64,000 nt of DNA from Gammaproteobacteria bacterium (GTDB lineage: Bacteria > Pseudomonadota > Gammaproteobacteria > Steroidobacterales > Steroidobacteraceae): NCBI GenBank assembly GCA_046080445.1, contig JBJTUA010000022.1, forward strand, positions 13,170-77,169, in the 5' to 3' direction. Both the position numbers and the translations under genes were made by a program. Below are positions 32,259-44,390 of the stretch, in pieces. A model generated the notes under the pieces. That model made no database searches. It worked only from the letters and a program-made list of their open reading frames with translations, and was not told the DNA's origin. Every line of letters begins with the position of its first letter. The first letter of the stretch is position 1.

Positions 32259-33664
32259 CCACCCTCCCCGAGTTGCTTGGCCAGTCCGTGAGCGACGGCG
32301 CTGATACTGCCGGCACCCATCGCCAGCACCACGTCGCCCGCACGCAGCAAATCGTGAAGACTTGCCGCGAGCTCTTCGACGCGAGGCACGAACACCGGCT
32401 CGATCTGTCCACGCGAACGGACGGCGCGGCAGATGGCGCGGCCATCGGCACCCGCGATCGGTGCCTCGCCTGCGGCATACACTTCGGTGACGAGCAGCAC
32501 GTCGGTCGTCGAGAGCACGCTCGCGAAATCATCGAGCAGATCACGCGTACGCGTGTAGCGATGCGGCTGGAAGGCCAGCACGATGCGGCGATAGGGATGC
32601 GCCTGTCGCACGGCATCGAGCGTCGCGCGGATTTCGGTCGGGTGATGGCCGTAGTCGTCGATGATGACTGCGGTCCCCTTGCCGATGCGTACCTCGCCCA
32701 CGTGCTGCAGGCGACGATCAACACCCTGGAACTTGGCGAGACCTCGCTGTATCGCTGCGTCGTCGACACCGAGCTCACTCGCCACGGCAATGGCCGCGAG
32801 CGCATTTTGGACATTGTGCCGACCCGGAAGATTGAGGCTCACCGCCAGTGGCGTCGCATGACCCGGCCGAATCACGTCGAAGGTCGTCTGCGGTCCTTTT
32901 CGCACCACGTTGACGGCACGAACATCGGCCCCTTCTTCGATGCCGTACGTCGAAATCGGACGACCGACGCGAGGCAGGATACCGCGCACCTCGGCGTCAT
33001 CCGCGCAAAGTACGGCAAGGCCGTAGAACGGCAGGTTGTGCAGAAAATCGGCGAAGCTCTGACGCAGGCGATTGAAGTCGCCGTCGTGCGTGCCGAGATG
33101 ATCGTTGTCGATGTTGGTCACCACGGCGATGAGCGGCTGCAAATGTAGGAACGACGCATCGCTCTCGTCCGCTTCGGCTACGAGATAACGACCCGCGCCC
33201 AGTCGGGCGTTGGTACCCACGCTCTTGAGGCGACCCCCGATGACGAAGGTCGGATCCTCGCCACCTTCGGCGAGCACCGAAGCGACGAGACTCGTCGTCG
33301 TGGTCTTGCCATGCGTTCCGGCGACGGCAATCGCGGAGCGAAAGCGCATGAGCTCACCGAGCATCTCCGCACGCGGGACGACCGGCACGCGATGCGCGAG
33401 CGCCTCGGCGACTTCGGGGTTTTCTTTGGAGACGGCCGTCGAGACGACCACGACGTCGGCACCCTTCACGTTCTCAGCGGCATGGCCGAACGCAATCTTG
33501 GCGCCGAGACCCGACAGACGTTCCGTTACCGCATTGGGTTTGAGATCGCTGCCCTGCACGCGATAGCCGAGGTTCAACAACACTTCGGCGATGCCACCCA
33601 TGCCACTGCCGCCGATGCCGACGAAGTGGATGGTGTTGATGCGTCGCATGCGTTCCATGTTCAT
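32255..33664 (-). CDS. murC: UDP-N-acetylmuramate--L-alanine ligase
   Basis: 469 aa, [28 protein letters not shown], and the Mur ligase C-domain. Confidence 0.97.
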   Translation of the reverse strand: MNMERMRRINTIHFVGIGGSGMGGIAEVLLNLGYRVQGSDLKPNAVTERLSGLGAKIAFGHAAENVKGADVVVVSTAVSKENPEVAEALAHRVPVVPRAEMLGELMRFRSAIAVAGTHGKTTTTSLVASVLAEGGEDPTFVIGGRLKSVGTNARLGAGRYLVAEADESDASFLHLQPLIAVVTNIDNDHLGTHDGDFNRLRQSFADFLHNLPFYGLAVLCADDAEVRGILPRVGRPISTYGIEEGADVRAVNVVRKGPQTTFDVIRPGHATPLAVSLNLPGRHNVQNALAAIAVASELGVDDAAIQRGLAKFQGVDRRLQHVGEVRIGKGTAVIIDDYGHHPTEIRATLDAVRQAHPYRRIVLAFQPHRYTRTRDLLDDFASVLSTTDVLLVTEVYAAGEAPIAGADGRAICRAVRSRGQIEPVFVPRVEELAASLHDLLRAGDVVLAMGAGSISAVAHGLAKQLGEGG

Positions 33665-34749
33665 GCCGCAAGACCTCCGGCCACGAGACAGGCTCGGGCG
33701 AGTTCGTCTGTCGCATTGGGACGGGCCAGGCTGCGCGCACGCTCGGCCATACGGCAGAGCAGCGCTCGATCGGCGGCGAAACGCTCAAGCTCGGAGGCGA
33801 GTCGTTGCGCAGTGAGTTCGCGCTCGGGCAGCAATACGGCGGCGTCGCGATCGACCAAGAAGCGCGCGTTACGCGTTTGATGATCATCGACGGCTGCCGG
33901 GAACGGCACGAGAATCGCCGCGACGCCCGCCGCAGCGAGTTCAGAAACGGTCAGCGCTCCGGCGCGACAAATGACGACGTCCGCATCGGCATACGCCGCT
34001 GCGATGTCGTCGATGAAGGCGCTCACGTCGGCCGTGATTCCGCGCGCGGCATACGCCTCTCGCGTGGTGTCGAGCGTACGCGTGCCGGTCTGATGACGAA
34101 CACGCAGAGCCACTTTGCCGGAAAGGGTCGCCACCGCTTCGGGGACGACCGCGTTGAGACGCTGCGCACCCTGGCTGCCACCGACCACGAGCACCTGCAG
34201 CGCACCCTGACGCGACGCGTAGCGCACCGTCGGTGCAGGCAGAGCAAAGAATTCAGCACGTACCGGGTTGCCGACCGTCGTCGCCTTCACGCCAGACCCG
34301 AAACTTCCGGAGAAGGCCTCGAGCACCTGCGTGGCCAGCCGCGCCAGAACGCGGTTGGTGAAACCTGCGACGGCGTTTTGTTCGTGGATCACGAGCGGAC
34401 GGCGCGCAAGGACGGCCGCGAGTCCGCCCGGACCCGTGACGTAACCGCCGAGCCCCACGACCACACGCGGTCGATAACGTCGTACCGCAGCAAGCGCCTG
34501 CCACAAGGCCCGCGCGAGGCGGAGCGGCGCAGCCAACAACGTGGCGAGACCTTTACCGCGCAAGCCGCCGATGTCGATCCATTCAACATCGATCCCCGCA
34601 GCCGGCACGAGCCGCGCTTCGATGCCGGCACGCGTACCGAGCCAGATGACTTCGATGTCGTGCGCGCGCAGCAAACCCGCGAGCGAGAGCGCCGGGAACA
34701 CGTGTCCGCCGGTTCCGCCTGCCATGATCATGATGCAGGGCTTGCTCAC
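33661..34749 (-). CDS. murG: lipid II synthase (UDP-GlcNAc transferase) MurG
   Basis: 362 aa, [17 protein letters not shown]..., with the C-terminal motif [16 protein letters not shown]. Confidence 0.97.
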   Translation of the reverse strand: MSKPCIMIMAGGTGGHVFPALSLAGLLRAHDIEVIWLGTRAGIEARLVPAAGIDVEWIDIGGLRGKGLATLLAAPLRLARALWQALAAVRRYRPRVVVGLGGYVTGPGGLAAVLARRPLVIHEQNAVAGFTNRVLARLATQVLEAFSGSFGSGVKATTVGNPVRAEFFALPAPTVRYASRQGALQVLVVGGSQGAQRLNAVVPEAVATLSGKVALRVRHQTGTRTLDTTREAYAARGITADVSAFIDDIAAAYADADVVICRAGALTVSELAAAGVAAILVPFPAAVDDHQTRNARFLVDRDAAVLLPERELTAQRLASELERFAADRALLCRMAERARSLARPNATDELARACLVAGGLAA

Positions 34750-35972
34750 GCTTCGATCGCCTCCCCTGCTCCACCGCGTACGCGCACGGCGCTATCGCCA
34801 CGAAGACTCGCGGCCGTCGTGCCACGCGAAGCCTGAGCCGCTTCGTGATAGACGCGTAGCAGCACGCCCACCCAAGCGAGCGTGACGATCAAACTCGATC
34901 GCCCGTAGCTCATGAACGGCAGGGTCAGACCTTTGGTCGGCAGAGCGCCCATGTTCACGCCCAAATTGATGAACGCCTGAATCGCCACCCAGATTCCGAA
35001 ACCCGCGGCGAGGTAGCTCTGGAACTTGAGCCCCGCTTCGTTGGCGAGTCGCGCAACGTACAGGGCACGCCAGGCGAGCGCGACGAACAAACTGATCGTC
35101 AACAAAATACCGAAGAGACCCAGCTCTTCGGAGAGCACGGCGAACAGGAAGTCGGTGTGCGCCTCGGGCAAGTAGAAGAGCTTCTGCACGCTCTCGCCGA
35201 GTCCGACGCCGGTCCAGCCGCCACGACCGATGGCGATCAAGCTCTGCGTGAGCTGGAAACCACTGTCGAACGGATCTTCCCAAGGATTGCGGAACGAGGT
35301 GAGACGACGCAGGCGATACGGCGAGGACACCGCCACCGCAGCAAGCAAGCCCGCACCGATCACCGCGAGACCGATGACATCGCGCCAACGCGCGCCGGCG
35401 ACGAAAAGCACGCCGAAGGCGGTGGCCGTGAGCACGACCGCTGCGCCGAAGTCAGGCTCCATCAACAACAGACCAAAGAATACGCCGACGACGGCCAAAG
35501 GCTTGATGAGCCCCATCAACGAACTGCGCAGCTCCGCTTCGCGACGAACGGCGTAGCTTGCGATAAAAATCAGCACCATCACGCGAGCGGCTTCCGAGGC
35601 CTGGAAGTTGAAACCCGCGAGCCGGATCCAACGACGACTGCCGTTCACCGAATGACCGATACCAGGAATGAGCACAGCGATGAGCAGCACGCCCGCGAGC
35701 GCCAGCAGCAGCAGCGCCGATTTCTCCAGCCATTCGGTACGCACCGCAAAAGCGAACGCGGCTGCGATGGCACCGGCGACCACGAGCACGAACTGACGCT
35801 CGAGGTAGAGGAACGGGTCACCCGCTTCCTTGCTGGCAATGGACATCGAGGCCGAGGTGACGATGATGAGGCCGAGCAGCACGATCGACGAGACGATCCC
35901 GAGCGTGACGAGATCGAGGTGCACGGTCGTGGGGCGGGCGCCGCCGCGAGCGGGAAGCGTGAACGTACTCAT
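34746..35972 (-). CDS. ftsW: SEDS-family peptidoglycan polymerase FtsW
   Basis: 408 aa, polytopic, with the FtsW/RodA motifs (FQASEAARV..., LPEAHTDFLFAV, GLTLPFMSYG). Confidence 0.95.
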   Translation of the reverse strand: MSTFTLPARGGARPTTVHLDLVTLGIVSSIVLLGLIIVTSASMSIASKEAGDPFLYLERQFVLVVAGAIAAAFAFAVRTEWLEKSALLLLALAGVLLIAVLIPGIGHSVNGSRRWIRLAGFNFQASEAARVMVLIFIASYAVRREAELRSSLMGLIKPLAVVGVFFGLLLMEPDFGAAVVLTATAFGVLFVAGARWRDVIGLAVIGAGLLAAVAVSSPYRLRRLTSFRNPWEDPFDSGFQLTQSLIAIGRGGWTGVGLGESVQKLFYLPEAHTDFLFAVLSEELGLFGILLTISLFVALAWRALYVARLANEAGLKFQSYLAAGFGIWVAIQAFINLGVNMGALPTKGLTLPFMSYGRSSLIVTLAWVGVLLRVYHEAAQASRGTTAASLRGDSAVRVRGGAGEAIEA

Positions 35973-37312
35973 GAGGGCAACCTCCCGACGGCGGCGGCAA
36001 AACGATCGCCGCGCTCGTTGTAATCACGAAACATGTCGAGGCTTGCGCAGGCCGGCGAAAGCAGCACGATCTCGCCGCTTTTGGCGCGACTCGCGGCTTC
36101 CTCGACGGCCTCTTCGATTGAGGCACAGCGCACGATCTCGCAGACGCCTTCGAGAACCTTGGCGAGCTGCGGCGCATCGCGCCCGATGAGCAACGCCACC
36201 CGCGTCCGCCCCGCGAGTGCGGTGGCGAGTGGAGCAAAATCTTGTCCCTTGCCCTCGCCTCCGGCGATGAGCAGCAAGTGGCCGGGCATCCCCGATACCG
36301 TTGCGACCGTGGCACCGACGTTCGTGCCCTTGGAATCATTGATATAGCGCACGCCACGCTTTTCCCCGACCCACTGCGAGCGATGCGGAAGTCCCTTGAA
36401 CTCGCGCAGCTCATCGAGCATGGGCGGTAACGGCAGACCGCAGGCCTCACCGAGCGCGAGCGCCGCCAGCGCATTGGCCGCGTTGTGCAAGCCTGCAAGG
36501 CGCATCGCCGACAGTGCGAGCACTGGCTGCCCACGAACCACAAGCCAACGCTCACCGCCCTGCTCCATCAATGAATAGTCGGCGCCGGTGGCACCCTCGA
36601 TGGAGAAGCCGACGACTTTCTTTGCCGTGCCGCGGTCCATGTCGGCCACCCAAGCATCGTCACGATTGATCACCGCCGTCTCGCAGTGACGGAAGATGCG
36701 GGCCTTCGCGGCGGCGTAAGCGTCCATCGTGCCGTGACGATCGAGGTGGTCTTCGGAAAGATTGAGCACTGTCGCGGCGAGCAGATGCAAAGAATGTGTA
36801 GTCTCGAGTTGGAAGCTCGACAACTCGAGCACGTACAACTGCGGTACCGGCGCCTCGAGCAGATCGAGCACCGGCGTCCCGAGATTGCCGCCCACCGACA
36901 CCGCGCGTCCGGCGCGCGCCGCCATGCGACCGACCAGCGTCGTCACCGTGCTCTTGCCGTTCGTGCCCGTGATCCCGACGACGGGAGCCTTCGCTTCACG
37001 CGCAAAAAGCTCGACGTCACCGACGACGTCGATACCTTGCGACAGCGCTTCGGCGATGACCGGCTCGCGCAACGCGATGCCGGGCGATGCCACGACGATC
37101 TGCGAATCTTTGAGCAGTGCCGAATCGAGGCGACCAAAACTGCACGCCGCCTTCGGCGCAATCGCGGAGAGCTGCTCGCGACCCGGCGGCTCGGCACGAC
37201 TGTCCGTCACCGCGACCTGCCAGCCGCGCGCGACGAGATGGCGCGCCGCCGAGACCCCGGTCTTGCCGAGGCCAACGATCAGCGCCTTGCGATGTTCGTG
37301 GGGGTGGCTCAT
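35969..37312 (-). CDS. murD: UDP-N-acetylmuramoylalanine--D-glutamate ligase
   Basis: From ATG 37312 the sequence is [26 protein letters not shown]..., [10 protein letters not shown]. The start overlaps the mraY stop. The 106 upstream codons of the track ORF were rejected. Confidence 0.95.
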   Translation of the reverse strand: MSHPHEHRKALIVGLGKTGVSAARHLVARGWQVAVTDSRAEPPGREQLSAIAPKAACSFGRLDSALLKDSQIVVASPGIALREPVIAEALSQGIDVVGDVELFAREAKAPVVGITGTNGKSTVTTLVGRMAARAGRAVSVGGNLGTPVLDLLEAPVPQLYVLELSSFQLETTHSLHLLAATVLNLSEDHLDRHGTMDAYAAAKARIFRHCETAVINRDDAWVADMDRGTAKKVVGFSIEGATGADYSLMEQGGERWLVVRGQPVLALSAMRLAGLHNAANALAALALGEACGLPLPPMLDELREFKGLPHRSQWVGEKRGVRYINDSKGTNVGATVATVSGMPGHLLLIAGGEGKGQDFAPLATALAGRTRVALLIGRDAPQLAKVLEGVCEIVRCASIEEAVEEAASRAKSGEIVLLSPACASLDMFRDYNERGDRFAAAVGRLPS

Positions 37313-38394
37313 CGAAGTTTCAGGGTCGCGAGTCCTGCAAGCACGAGGAAAAACGTGATGATCCAGAAGCGTACGATCACCTTGGGCTCCGCCCAACCCT
37401 TCAATTCGAAGTGGTGATGGATCGGCGCCATCCTGAAAATGCGCTTGCCGATGAGCTTCAAAGACGCCACCTGCAACATGACCGAGGCGGTCTCGAGTAC
37501 GAAGATGCCGCCCATGATGAGCAGCACGACTTCCTGCCTCACGATGACCGCAATCGTTCCGAGCGCCGCACCGATCGACAGCGCGCCGATGTCGCCCATG
37601 AACACTTGCGCCGGATAGGTGTTGAACCAAAGAAATCCGAGACCGGCACCGACGAGTGCCGCGCAGAAAATCAGCAGCTCGCCCGAATGCCGAACGGCCG
37701 GGATCGCAAGGTACTCGGCAAATACGGCATTACCCGCTGCATAGGCAAACACGCCGAGCGCAGCGGCCACCATCACCGCCGGCATGATCGCCAGACCGTC
37801 GAGTCCATCCGTGAGATTCACGGCATTGCTCATACCGACGATCATGAGATAGGTCAGCAGAACGAAGGCGAACGCACCGAGCGGCAGCGCGAAATTCTTG
37901 AGCAGCGGGAGGTAGAGCGTAGTGTCGACAGGCGTGGTCGCCGTCTTCCAAAGGGCGATAGCGGCAACGAGCCCGCCCACGGACTGCCAAAAATATTTGT
38001 AGCGCGCGATCAAGCCCTTGGGATTTTTCTTGACGAGCTTGAGGTAGTCGTCCCAGAACCCGATCAGACCGAAGAAGAACGTGACGGCGATCACGATCCA
38101 GATGAAGCGATTACCGAGATCTGCCCACAGCAGCGTCGAGACCATGATGGTGACGATGATCAGCAGACCCCCCATCGTCGGGGTGCCGACTTTCTTTTGA
38201 TGCGCGGCAGGGATGTAGTCGCGAACCACCTGCCCGATTTGATCGCGGGTCAGTTTCGCAATCATCCAGGGACCGACCGCGAGCGAGATCACGAGCGCCG
38301 TGACGGCGGCCAAAATCGCCCGGAAGGTGAGGTACGAAAAAACGTTGAAGAGCGAGATCGACTCAGATAAGAGCTGTGAGAGCCAAAGCAGCAT
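37309..38394 (-). CDS. mraY: phospho-N-acetylmuramoyl-pentapeptide transferase
   Basis: 361 aa, polytopic, with [23 protein letters not shown] and HHHFE. Confidence 0.97.
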   Translation of the reverse strand: MLLWLSQLLSESISLFNVFSYLTFRAILAAVTALVISLAVGPWMIAKLTRDQIGQVVRDYIPAAHQKKVGTPTMGGLLIIVTIMVSTLLWADLGNRFIWIVIAVTFFFGLIGFWDDYLKLVKKNPKGLIARYKYFWQSVGGLVAAIALWKTATTPVDTTLYLPLLKNFALPLGAFAFVLLTYLMIVGMSNAVNLTDGLDGLAIMPAVMVAAALGVFAYAAGNAVFAEYLAIPAVRHSGELLIFCAALVGAGLGFLWFNTYPAQVFMGDIGALSIGAALGTIAVIVRQEVVLLIMGGIFVLETASVMLQVASLKLIGKRIFRMAPIHHHFELKGWAEPKVIVRFWIITFFLVLAGLATLKLR

Positions 38395-39762
38395 TTAGTG
38401 CATCCCCCCTGCCGCAGGTACGGACTCGAGAGCAGCGACGACACGCTCGAGACGATTGCTACGAGAACCTTTGACGAGCACGCGCACATCCGCGGCGAGC
38501 TCACGACCGACCGCTTCAGCCACCGCCGCGGTATCGGAGTGCCAAGCGGCACCCTCACCGAAGCTGTCGACGGCGTGCTTGGCGGCCTCGCCGACGGCGA
38601 ACAAACGCTCGACGCCGTGGGCCCGCGCATAGCGACCCGCCTCGAGATGCGCCTCACGCGTGTAGTCGCCGAGCTCACCCATCTCGCCGAGCACTAGAAT
38701 TCGCCGACCGCCAAGCGCTTCGAGCACATCGATCGCAGCCTGCAGAGAGCTCGGGTTCGCGTTGTACGAATCGTCGATGATCCAAGCGCCCTGATGCGCG
38801 CTGCGCAACTGCAGACGACCTTTGACGGCCCGCATGCGTGCCAGCCCCGTCGCGATGTCCGCAAGCGTGGCACCCGCAGCACTCGCCGCGGCGGCGGCAC
38901 CCAGCGCGTTGAGTACGTTGTGCTTGCCCGCGAGGTGCAGCGAGATGGCCTGTTCGCCCGCCGGCGCGACCAGCGTGAAACGCGTGACGAAGCCCGGCGC
39001 ACCCACTTCCGTGTGAATGTCGCGGGCGCTGAAATCCGCTTTGGAGCCGAGACCGAAGGTCACGATGCGCGCGACCGTCATGTCACGCCACAGCCCGGCA
39101 AAGCTATCGTCCGCATTCAGGATCGCGATACCGTCCTGACCGAGCGCCGCGAACAACTCGCCCTCTGCACGCGCCGCGCCTTCGATGCTGCCGAAGCCCT
39201 CGAGATGCTCAGCGCCCGCATTGGTCACGATGCCGATCACGGGCGCCGCGAAATCCGCCAGCTGCGCAAGCTCGCCCGGATGGTTCGCACCCATCTCGAT
39301 GACGGCATGACGGTGCGAAGACTCGAGACGCAACAGCGTCAGCGGTACACCGATGTGGTTGTTGAGGTTGCCCGCCGTGGCGAGCGTGGCGCCGCAGCAC
39401 GAGAGGATCGAAGAAATCATCTCCTTGCTCGTCGTCTTGCCGTTGCTGCCGGCAACACCGATGAGCGGCATCGCAAAGCGTGAGCGCCAATTTTTGGCGG
39501 CACGCTGCAAGGCAACGAGGGTGTCATCGACGAGCACCACCGGAAAATCCGCAGGGCCCTGGCGCTCGGCGATCGCACCGGCGGCGCTTTTGGCCGCCGC
39601 CTCGCCCAGATACGTGTTGCCATCGAAGCGCGGTCCGCGCAACGCGACGAACAGTTCGCCGGTCGCGAGCGTACGGGTGTCGGTGTTGACCGACGAGAAC
39701 GCGCGATCTGCACCGACCAAGCGTCCACCGCAATCGTTGGCGATATCAGCGAGCTGACGCAT
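38395..39762 (-). CDS. murF: UDP-MurNAc-tripeptide--D-Ala-D-Ala ligase
   Basis: 455 aa, GVAGSNGKTTSKEM, Mur ligase middle and C-domains. Located between murE and mraY. Confidence 0.96.
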   Translation of the reverse strand: MRQLADIANDCGGRLVGADRAFSSVNTDTRTLATGELFVALRGPRFDGNTYLGEAAAKSAAGAIAERQGPADFPVVLVDDTLVALQRAAKNWRSRFAMPLIGVAGSNGKTTSKEMISSILSCCGATLATAGNLNNHIGVPLTLLRLESSHRHAVIEMGANHPGELAQLADFAAPVIGIVTNAGAEHLEGFGSIEGAARAEGELFAALGQDGIAILNADDSFAGLWRDMTVARIVTFGLGSKADFSARDIHTEVGAPGFVTRFTLVAPAGEQAISLHLAGKHNVLNALGAAAAASAAGATLADIATGLARMRAVKGRLQLRSAHQGAWIIDDSYNANPSSLQAAIDVLEALGGRRILVLGEMGELGDYTREAHLEAGRYARAHGVERLFAVGEAAKHAVDSFGEGAAWHSDTAAVAEAVGRELAADVRVLVKGSRSNRLERVVAALESVPAAGGMH

Positions 39763-41296
39763 CGGCTATCCCGTAAGTCGACTGGATGATCTGGCGATCG
39801 CTGAAGGGGCGGCGCTCGGTGCCGATAATCTGGTAGTTCTCGTGTCCTTTACCGGCCACGAGCACCACGTCGCCTTCGCGCGCGCCCGCGAGCGCATGAC
39901 GGATCGCCTCGGCGCGATCGTGGATGACCGTAGCGCGAATCCCTTGCGGAAAGCCCGCGATGATGTCGGCTGCGATGCCGGCAGGCGATTCGCTGCGCGG
40001 ATTGTCGTCGGTGATGACGATGCCATCGGCCATCGCCGCTGCAACACCGGCCATCATCGGGCGCTTGCCGACATCGCGATCGCCACCGCAACCGAAGACC
40101 AGATGCAGCTTGCCGCGACAGTGGGCACGGGCCGCACGCAAAGATTTGGCGAGCGCGTCGGGCGTGTGGGCATAGTCGACGATCGCCAGCGCCTTGCCCG
40201 GCGCCGTGAGTGCTTCCATGCGTCCCGGCGGTGCACTGCATTCGCCGAGGGCGCGCAGCGCGGTCTCGAGCGTGACGTCGAGCGCACGCAGCAGTCCAAG
40301 GGCAACTAGCGCATTTTCGACATTGAACTCGCCGATGAGCGGGAAGATCACCGACTGCGTCACCGGCGCAGCGCCCGCGTCGCGATGCTCGATGGTGAAC
40401 GACAAGCCTTCCGGCAACGCCTTGATCTCTGACGCGATGAGCGAACGGACGCCCGAAGTACGCGAACGGATGTCATCGATCACGGCGACACCGGCCGCAC
40501 TGCGCGCCGTCAGCGTGAGCGACAGTCGCGTCGCATGACGACGTGCGAGTTCAGCACCGAAGGCATCATCGACATTGATCACCCCCGCTTCGAGTCGTGG
40601 CATATCGAAGAGGCGGGCTTTCGCAGCACCGTAGGCCTCCATCGTGCCGTGATAGTCGAGATGATCGCGGGTCAAATTTGTGAAGGCGGCGACACGAAAG
40701 CGCACACCGGCCACGCGATGCTGATCGAACGCATGCGAGGACACTTCCATCGCGACACACTGAGCGCCGGCGGCATGCATCACCGACAATTGACGCTGCA
40801 CGCTGACCGCATCGGCCGTCGTGTACTCGCCTGGCACGACGGCGTTCGGTGTCATGCCGACACCGAGCGTACCGATGTACGCCGCGGGCGAGGCGCAACG
40901 AGTCAGCGCCTGCGCGAGCAACCACGCTGTCGTCGTCTTGCCGTTGGTGCCGGTGATGCCGGCGACGCGCAAGGCTTCGGAAGGCTGATCAAAGAATTGA
41001 CCCGCGATCGCACTGGCGACACTCGAGAGATTTTCGATCGGCTGCGCATGCACGCCGGCAGGAACGCTCGGTGCGGTAATGCTCTGCGCAGGCTCCCAAA
41101 GCACGGCTTTCGCGCCGTGCGAGAGCGCTTCGGGCAAGGCCGCAAGACCATGACTGCGTCGGCCCGCGCAGGCCAGAAACAATCCGCCTTCGGTGACCGT
41201 GCGGCTGTCGAGACTGATGTCGTTGACGCGGATCGAGGCGGAAACTTCGGCGACACCGCGACAGAGATCGGCGAGATGGCGCGCTCCGGCGCCCAT
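39746..41296 (-). CDS. murE: UDP-MurNAc-L-Ala-D-Glu--2,6-diaminopimelate ligase
   Basis: 516 aa, [23 protein letters not shown], and the DNPR motif (ITDDNPRSE) typical of mDAP-adding MurE. Confidence 0.96.
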   Translation of the reverse strand: MGAGARHLADLCRGVAEVSASIRVNDISLDSRTVTEGGLFLACAGRRSHGLAALPEALSHGAKAVLWEPAQSITAPSVPAGVHAQPIENLSSVASAIAGQFFDQPSEALRVAGITGTNGKTTTAWLLAQALTRCASPAAYIGTLGVGMTPNAVVPGEYTTADAVSVQRQLSVMHAAGAQCVAMEVSSHAFDQHRVAGVRFRVAAFTNLTRDHLDYHGTMEAYGAAKARLFDMPRLEAGVINVDDAFGAELARRHATRLSLTLTARSAAGVAVIDDIRSRTSGVRSLIASEIKALPEGLSFTIEHRDAGAAPVTQSVIFPLIGEFNVENALVALGLLRALDVTLETALRALGECSAPPGRMEALTAPGKALAIVDYAHTPDALAKSLRAARAHCRGKLHLVFGCGGDRDVGKRPMMAGVAAAMADGIVITDDNPRSESPAGIAADIIAGFPQGIRATVIHDRAEAIRHALAGAREGDVVLVAGKGHENYQIIGTERRPFSDRQIIQSTYGIADASAR

Positions 41297-43167
41297 CAGC
41301 GCAGACCTCCGGTGGTCGAGCGACGCGAGGCGTCGGCGGTGGCGATGTTCTGCGGCAGATCAGCCGGCATCGGCGCCGACTCAGGCATCTCGTCCACGGG
41401 CATGTCGATCGGCGCATCCGGCGCGACCGCGAGCAAGCGCAGCGCGCCGCCGACGACACCAGAGAAGACGGGTGCCGCCACGTCGCCACCGTAGTAAAGG
41501 CCCGCGCTCGGCTCGTCGATCACGACCACCGTGGCGAGGCGCGGATTCGTGGCCGGAGCAAGTCCCGCGAACACAGCCAGATAACGATTGGTCGAATAAC
41601 CGCCCGAACTCGCCTTCCAAGCCGTGCCGGTTTTTCCAGCGACCGTATACCCGGGAATCGAGGCGCGCTTGCCGGTGCCCACGTCGGACACCACGCTGCG
41701 CAGCATGCGCACGACATCACGACTGACTTGTTCGGAGAGTACGCGCTCACCCTCGATGGCGTGATCGACTCGCGTGAACGACACCGGCCGTTGCAGTCCG
41801 AACGCGCCGAGCGTGGCGTAGGCATGCGCAAGCTGCAAAGGTGTCGCCGACAACCCATAGCCGTACGAGACCGTTGCCGTGGTGATCGGGCGCCAGTGCG
41901 TGTACTGCGTCAGCAAGCCCGCCGACTCACCCGGATAACCGCTCGTGGTCACACGACCGAAACCGAATCGCGAGAGCGTGCCGTGCAGCGTCTCGGGGCC
42001 GAGCGTCAACGCGATACGCGTCATTGCCACGTTCGAGCTCTTGGCAAGCGCCGTGACGAGATCGATGGCACCGAGGTTGTGCTTATCCTCGATCATCTTG
42101 ATCCCGACCTTCACCATGCCGGGGTTGGTGTCGATGATGCTCGTCGGCGTGAATTTTCCCGCCGACAACGCCGCCGCGACGACGAACGGCTTGATGGTCG
42201 AGCCCGGCTCGACGAGATCCGTCACCGCGCGGTTTTTGTATCCGGCCGGCTTCAGTTGCGTGCGATCGTTCGGATTGAACGTCGGCTGATTGACCATGGC
42301 GAGCACTTCGCCCGTCGTCACATCGATGACGACGACCGAGCCGGCGCGTGCACGATTCGCCTGAATCGCGGCCTTCAGCTCTCGATATGCGAGGTACTGA
42401 ATGCGCATGTCGATCGACAGCTGCATGTTGCGGCCGGCGCGCATCGGACGGATGCTCTCGACGGTTTGTACCGTGCGACCAAGATTGTCCTGAATCACAC
42501 GCTTCGCGCCGTTCTCGCCGGCGAGCCAGTGGTCGTAGGCGAGTTCAAGTCCTTCCTGTCCGGCATCGTCGACGTCGGTGAATCCGAGCACGTGACCCGT
42601 CACTTCACTCGCCGGGTAGTAGCGACGATATTCCCGCGTGAGGTGCACGCCGGGAATCTCGAGCGCACGAACTTTTGCGGCGTCGGCCGGCTGCAAGTGA
42701 CGCGCGACATAAAGAAAATTGCGATCGAGCTTCGTGGTGACGAAGCGCGCCAATTCCGCCGGATCGCGTTCGAGAGCACGGGCGAGATTCGGGATTTGAT
42801 CGTTCGCGAGCGTGAGTTCGCGCGGATTCACCCACACCGAATCGACCGGTGTGCTGACGGCAAGCGGCTCACCCGCGCGATCGGTGACGCTGCCGCGATG
42901 CGCGACCACCGTCGCCACGCGCGTGAAACGCTCATCACCCTGGCCACGCAGGAAGGCGCTCTCGACGAGCTGCAGCGTGGCGGCTTTCCAAATCAACACG
43001 CCCGCACCGCAGGCGATCAGCACCACGATCACCATCGCGCGCGACATGAACGAAGGATTCGGCGTCTCGGGCTTGCGCGACAGTCCGCTGCGCGAACCGC
43101 GAGCACCGCCCCGCTGGCCTGCCGAGGGTCGACGCGATTCGGATTTTCCGAAGGGCCAACGGATCAC
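41296..43167 (-). CDS. ftsI: division-specific transpeptidase FtsI (PBP3)
   Basis: 623 aa with an N-terminal TM, a PBP dimer domain, and the transpeptidase motifs STIKP (SxxK), SSN and KTGTA. Confidence 0.96.
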   Translation of the reverse strand: MIRWPFGKSESRRPSAGQRGGARGSRSGLSRKPETPNPSFMSRAMVIVVLIACGAGVLIWKAATLQLVESAFLRGQGDERFTRVATVVAHRGSVTDRAGEPLAVSTPVDSVWVNPRELTLANDQIPNLARALERDPAELARFVTTKLDRNFLYVARHLQPADAAKVRALEIPGVHLTREYRRYYPASEVTGHVLGFTDVDDAGQEGLELAYDHWLAGENGAKRVIQDNLGRTVQTVESIRPMRAGRNMQLSIDMRIQYLAYRELKAAIQANRARAGSVVVIDVTTGEVLAMVNQPTFNPNDRTQLKPAGYKNRAVTDLVEPGSTIKPFVVAAALSAGKFTPTSIIDTNPGMVKVGIKMIEDKHNLGAIDLVTALAKSSNVAMTRIALTLGPETLHGTLSRFGFGRVTTSGYPGESAGLLTQYTHWRPITTATVSYGYGLSATPLQLAHAYATLGAFGLQRPVSFTRVDHAIEGERVLSEQVSRDVVRMLRSVVSDVGTGKRASIPGYTVAGKTGTAWKASSGGYSTNRYLAVFAGLAPATNPRLATVVVIDEPSAGLYYGGDVAAPVFSGVVGGALRLLAVAPDAPIDMPVDEMPESAPMPADLPQNIATADASRRSTTGGLR

Positions 43168-43448
43168 GGCGCGACTACCTCGATTTGTTTCGGCGGCGGC
43201 GTGCGCATACCGAGATTACTTGCAGCGACGTTCTCGACGAAGGCATGGGTCGACCAGGCACTCTGCTCGAGCTGCAGCTGACCCCACTCGATTTCAAGAC
43301 GATCACGCTCGCGATTGACCTTCTCGAGCTCGACGAAGAGTTCACGTGCCCGATGCTTGACGAAGATCGCACCAGCAGCGGAGGCCAGCACCACCAACCA
43401 CAGCAGCGGAATCAACATGGCGATCGCACGACGACTCGGCAGATTCAT
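43164..43448 (-). CDS. ftsL: cell-division protein FtsL
   Basis: From ATG 43448 the sequence is MNLPSRRAIAMLIPLLWLVVLASAAGAIFVKHRARELFVELEKV... (TM plus leucine-zipper-like coil). The start overlaps the rsmH stop (ATGA). Confidence 0.88.
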   Translation of the reverse strand: MNLPSRRAIAMLIPLLWLVVLASAAGAIFVKHRARELFVELEKVNRERDRLEIEWGQLQLEQSAWSTHAFVENVAASNLGMRTPPPKQIEVVAP

Positions 43449-44377
43449 GCGACACCTCCGATTTTTTCGGCGCAACGCAGCACGGCGCTGCGTGAACGCG
43501 GATTACGTGCAATCTCTGCATCGGTGGCGCGTCGCTTGCGACCGATCTCGCGCATCACCGGACGAGCGGATTCGGGGATCACCGGAAGTCCTGCAAAAAT
43601 TGGGTCGACCGAGCTCTTCGCACGAATAAATTGTTTGACGATCCGATCTTCGAGCGAGTGGAAACTGATCACGGCAAGGCGACCGCCAGGCGACAGCACG
43701 GCGAATGCCGCATCGAGTGCCTTGCGCAGTTGCCCGAGCTCGTCGTTGATGAACATGCGAATCGCCTGGAAAGTGCGCGTCGCAGGATGCTTCCCGTCAC
43801 GCGCACGGACGGCGCGTTGAACGATGGCGGCGAGTTGTGCGGTGCGCTCGATCGGCGCTTCGGCGCGCGCCGCGAAGAGCGTCGCAGCAATGCGGCGCGA
43901 AAAGCGTTCTTCGCCGAGCTCGTAAATCACCCTCGCCAACTCCCGTTCATCCACGCGCGCGAGCCATGCGGCCGCCGACTCGCCATGGGTCGGATCCATT
44001 CGCATATCGAGTGGTCCGTCCTTCGCGAAACTGAAACCCCGCTCCTTCTGATCGAGCTGCGGCGAAGAGACGCCGAGATCGAGCAACACCCCATCAACCG
44101 ACCGACCTTGCGCATGCGCCTCGACGACGCGCGAAAGTTCAGCGAAATCCGCCTGCACGAGCGTGAGTCGCGACTCATCGACGAATCGACGTCGACCCGC
44201 ATCGATCGCTGCAGGATCGCGATCGAGTGCAAGGACGGCGCCTTCAGGACCGATAGCTTCGAGCAGTCGTGCCGTGTGACCGCCGCGCCCGAACGTGCCG
44301 TCGACGTAAAGTCCGCCAGCACGAGGGGCCAGCCCCTCCAGCACCTCTTCGACAAGTACCGGAACGTGCTCATCCAC
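43445..44377 (-). CDS. rsmH: 16S rRNA m4C1402 methyltransferase RsmH (MraW)
   Basis: 310 aa, HVPVLVEEVLEGL...YVDGTFGRGGH...DLGVSSPQLD...ISFHSLEDRIVK. Confidence 0.97.
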   Translation of the reverse strand: MDEHVPVLVEEVLEGLAPRAGGLYVDGTFGRGGHTARLLEAIGPEGAVLALDRDPAAIDAGRRRFVDESRLTLVQADFAELSRVVEAHAQGRSVDGVLLDLGVSSPQLDQKERGFSFAKDGPLDMRMDPTHGESAAAWLARVDERELARVIYELGEERFSRRIAATLFAARAEAPIERTAQLAAIVQRAVRARDGKHPATRTFQAIRMFINDELGQLRKALDAAFAVLSPGGRLAVISFHSLEDRIVKQFIRAKSSVDPIFAGLPVIPESARPVMREIGRKRRATDAEIARNPRSRSAVLRCAEKIGGVA

Positions 44378-44390
44378 CTGCCCATCCGCC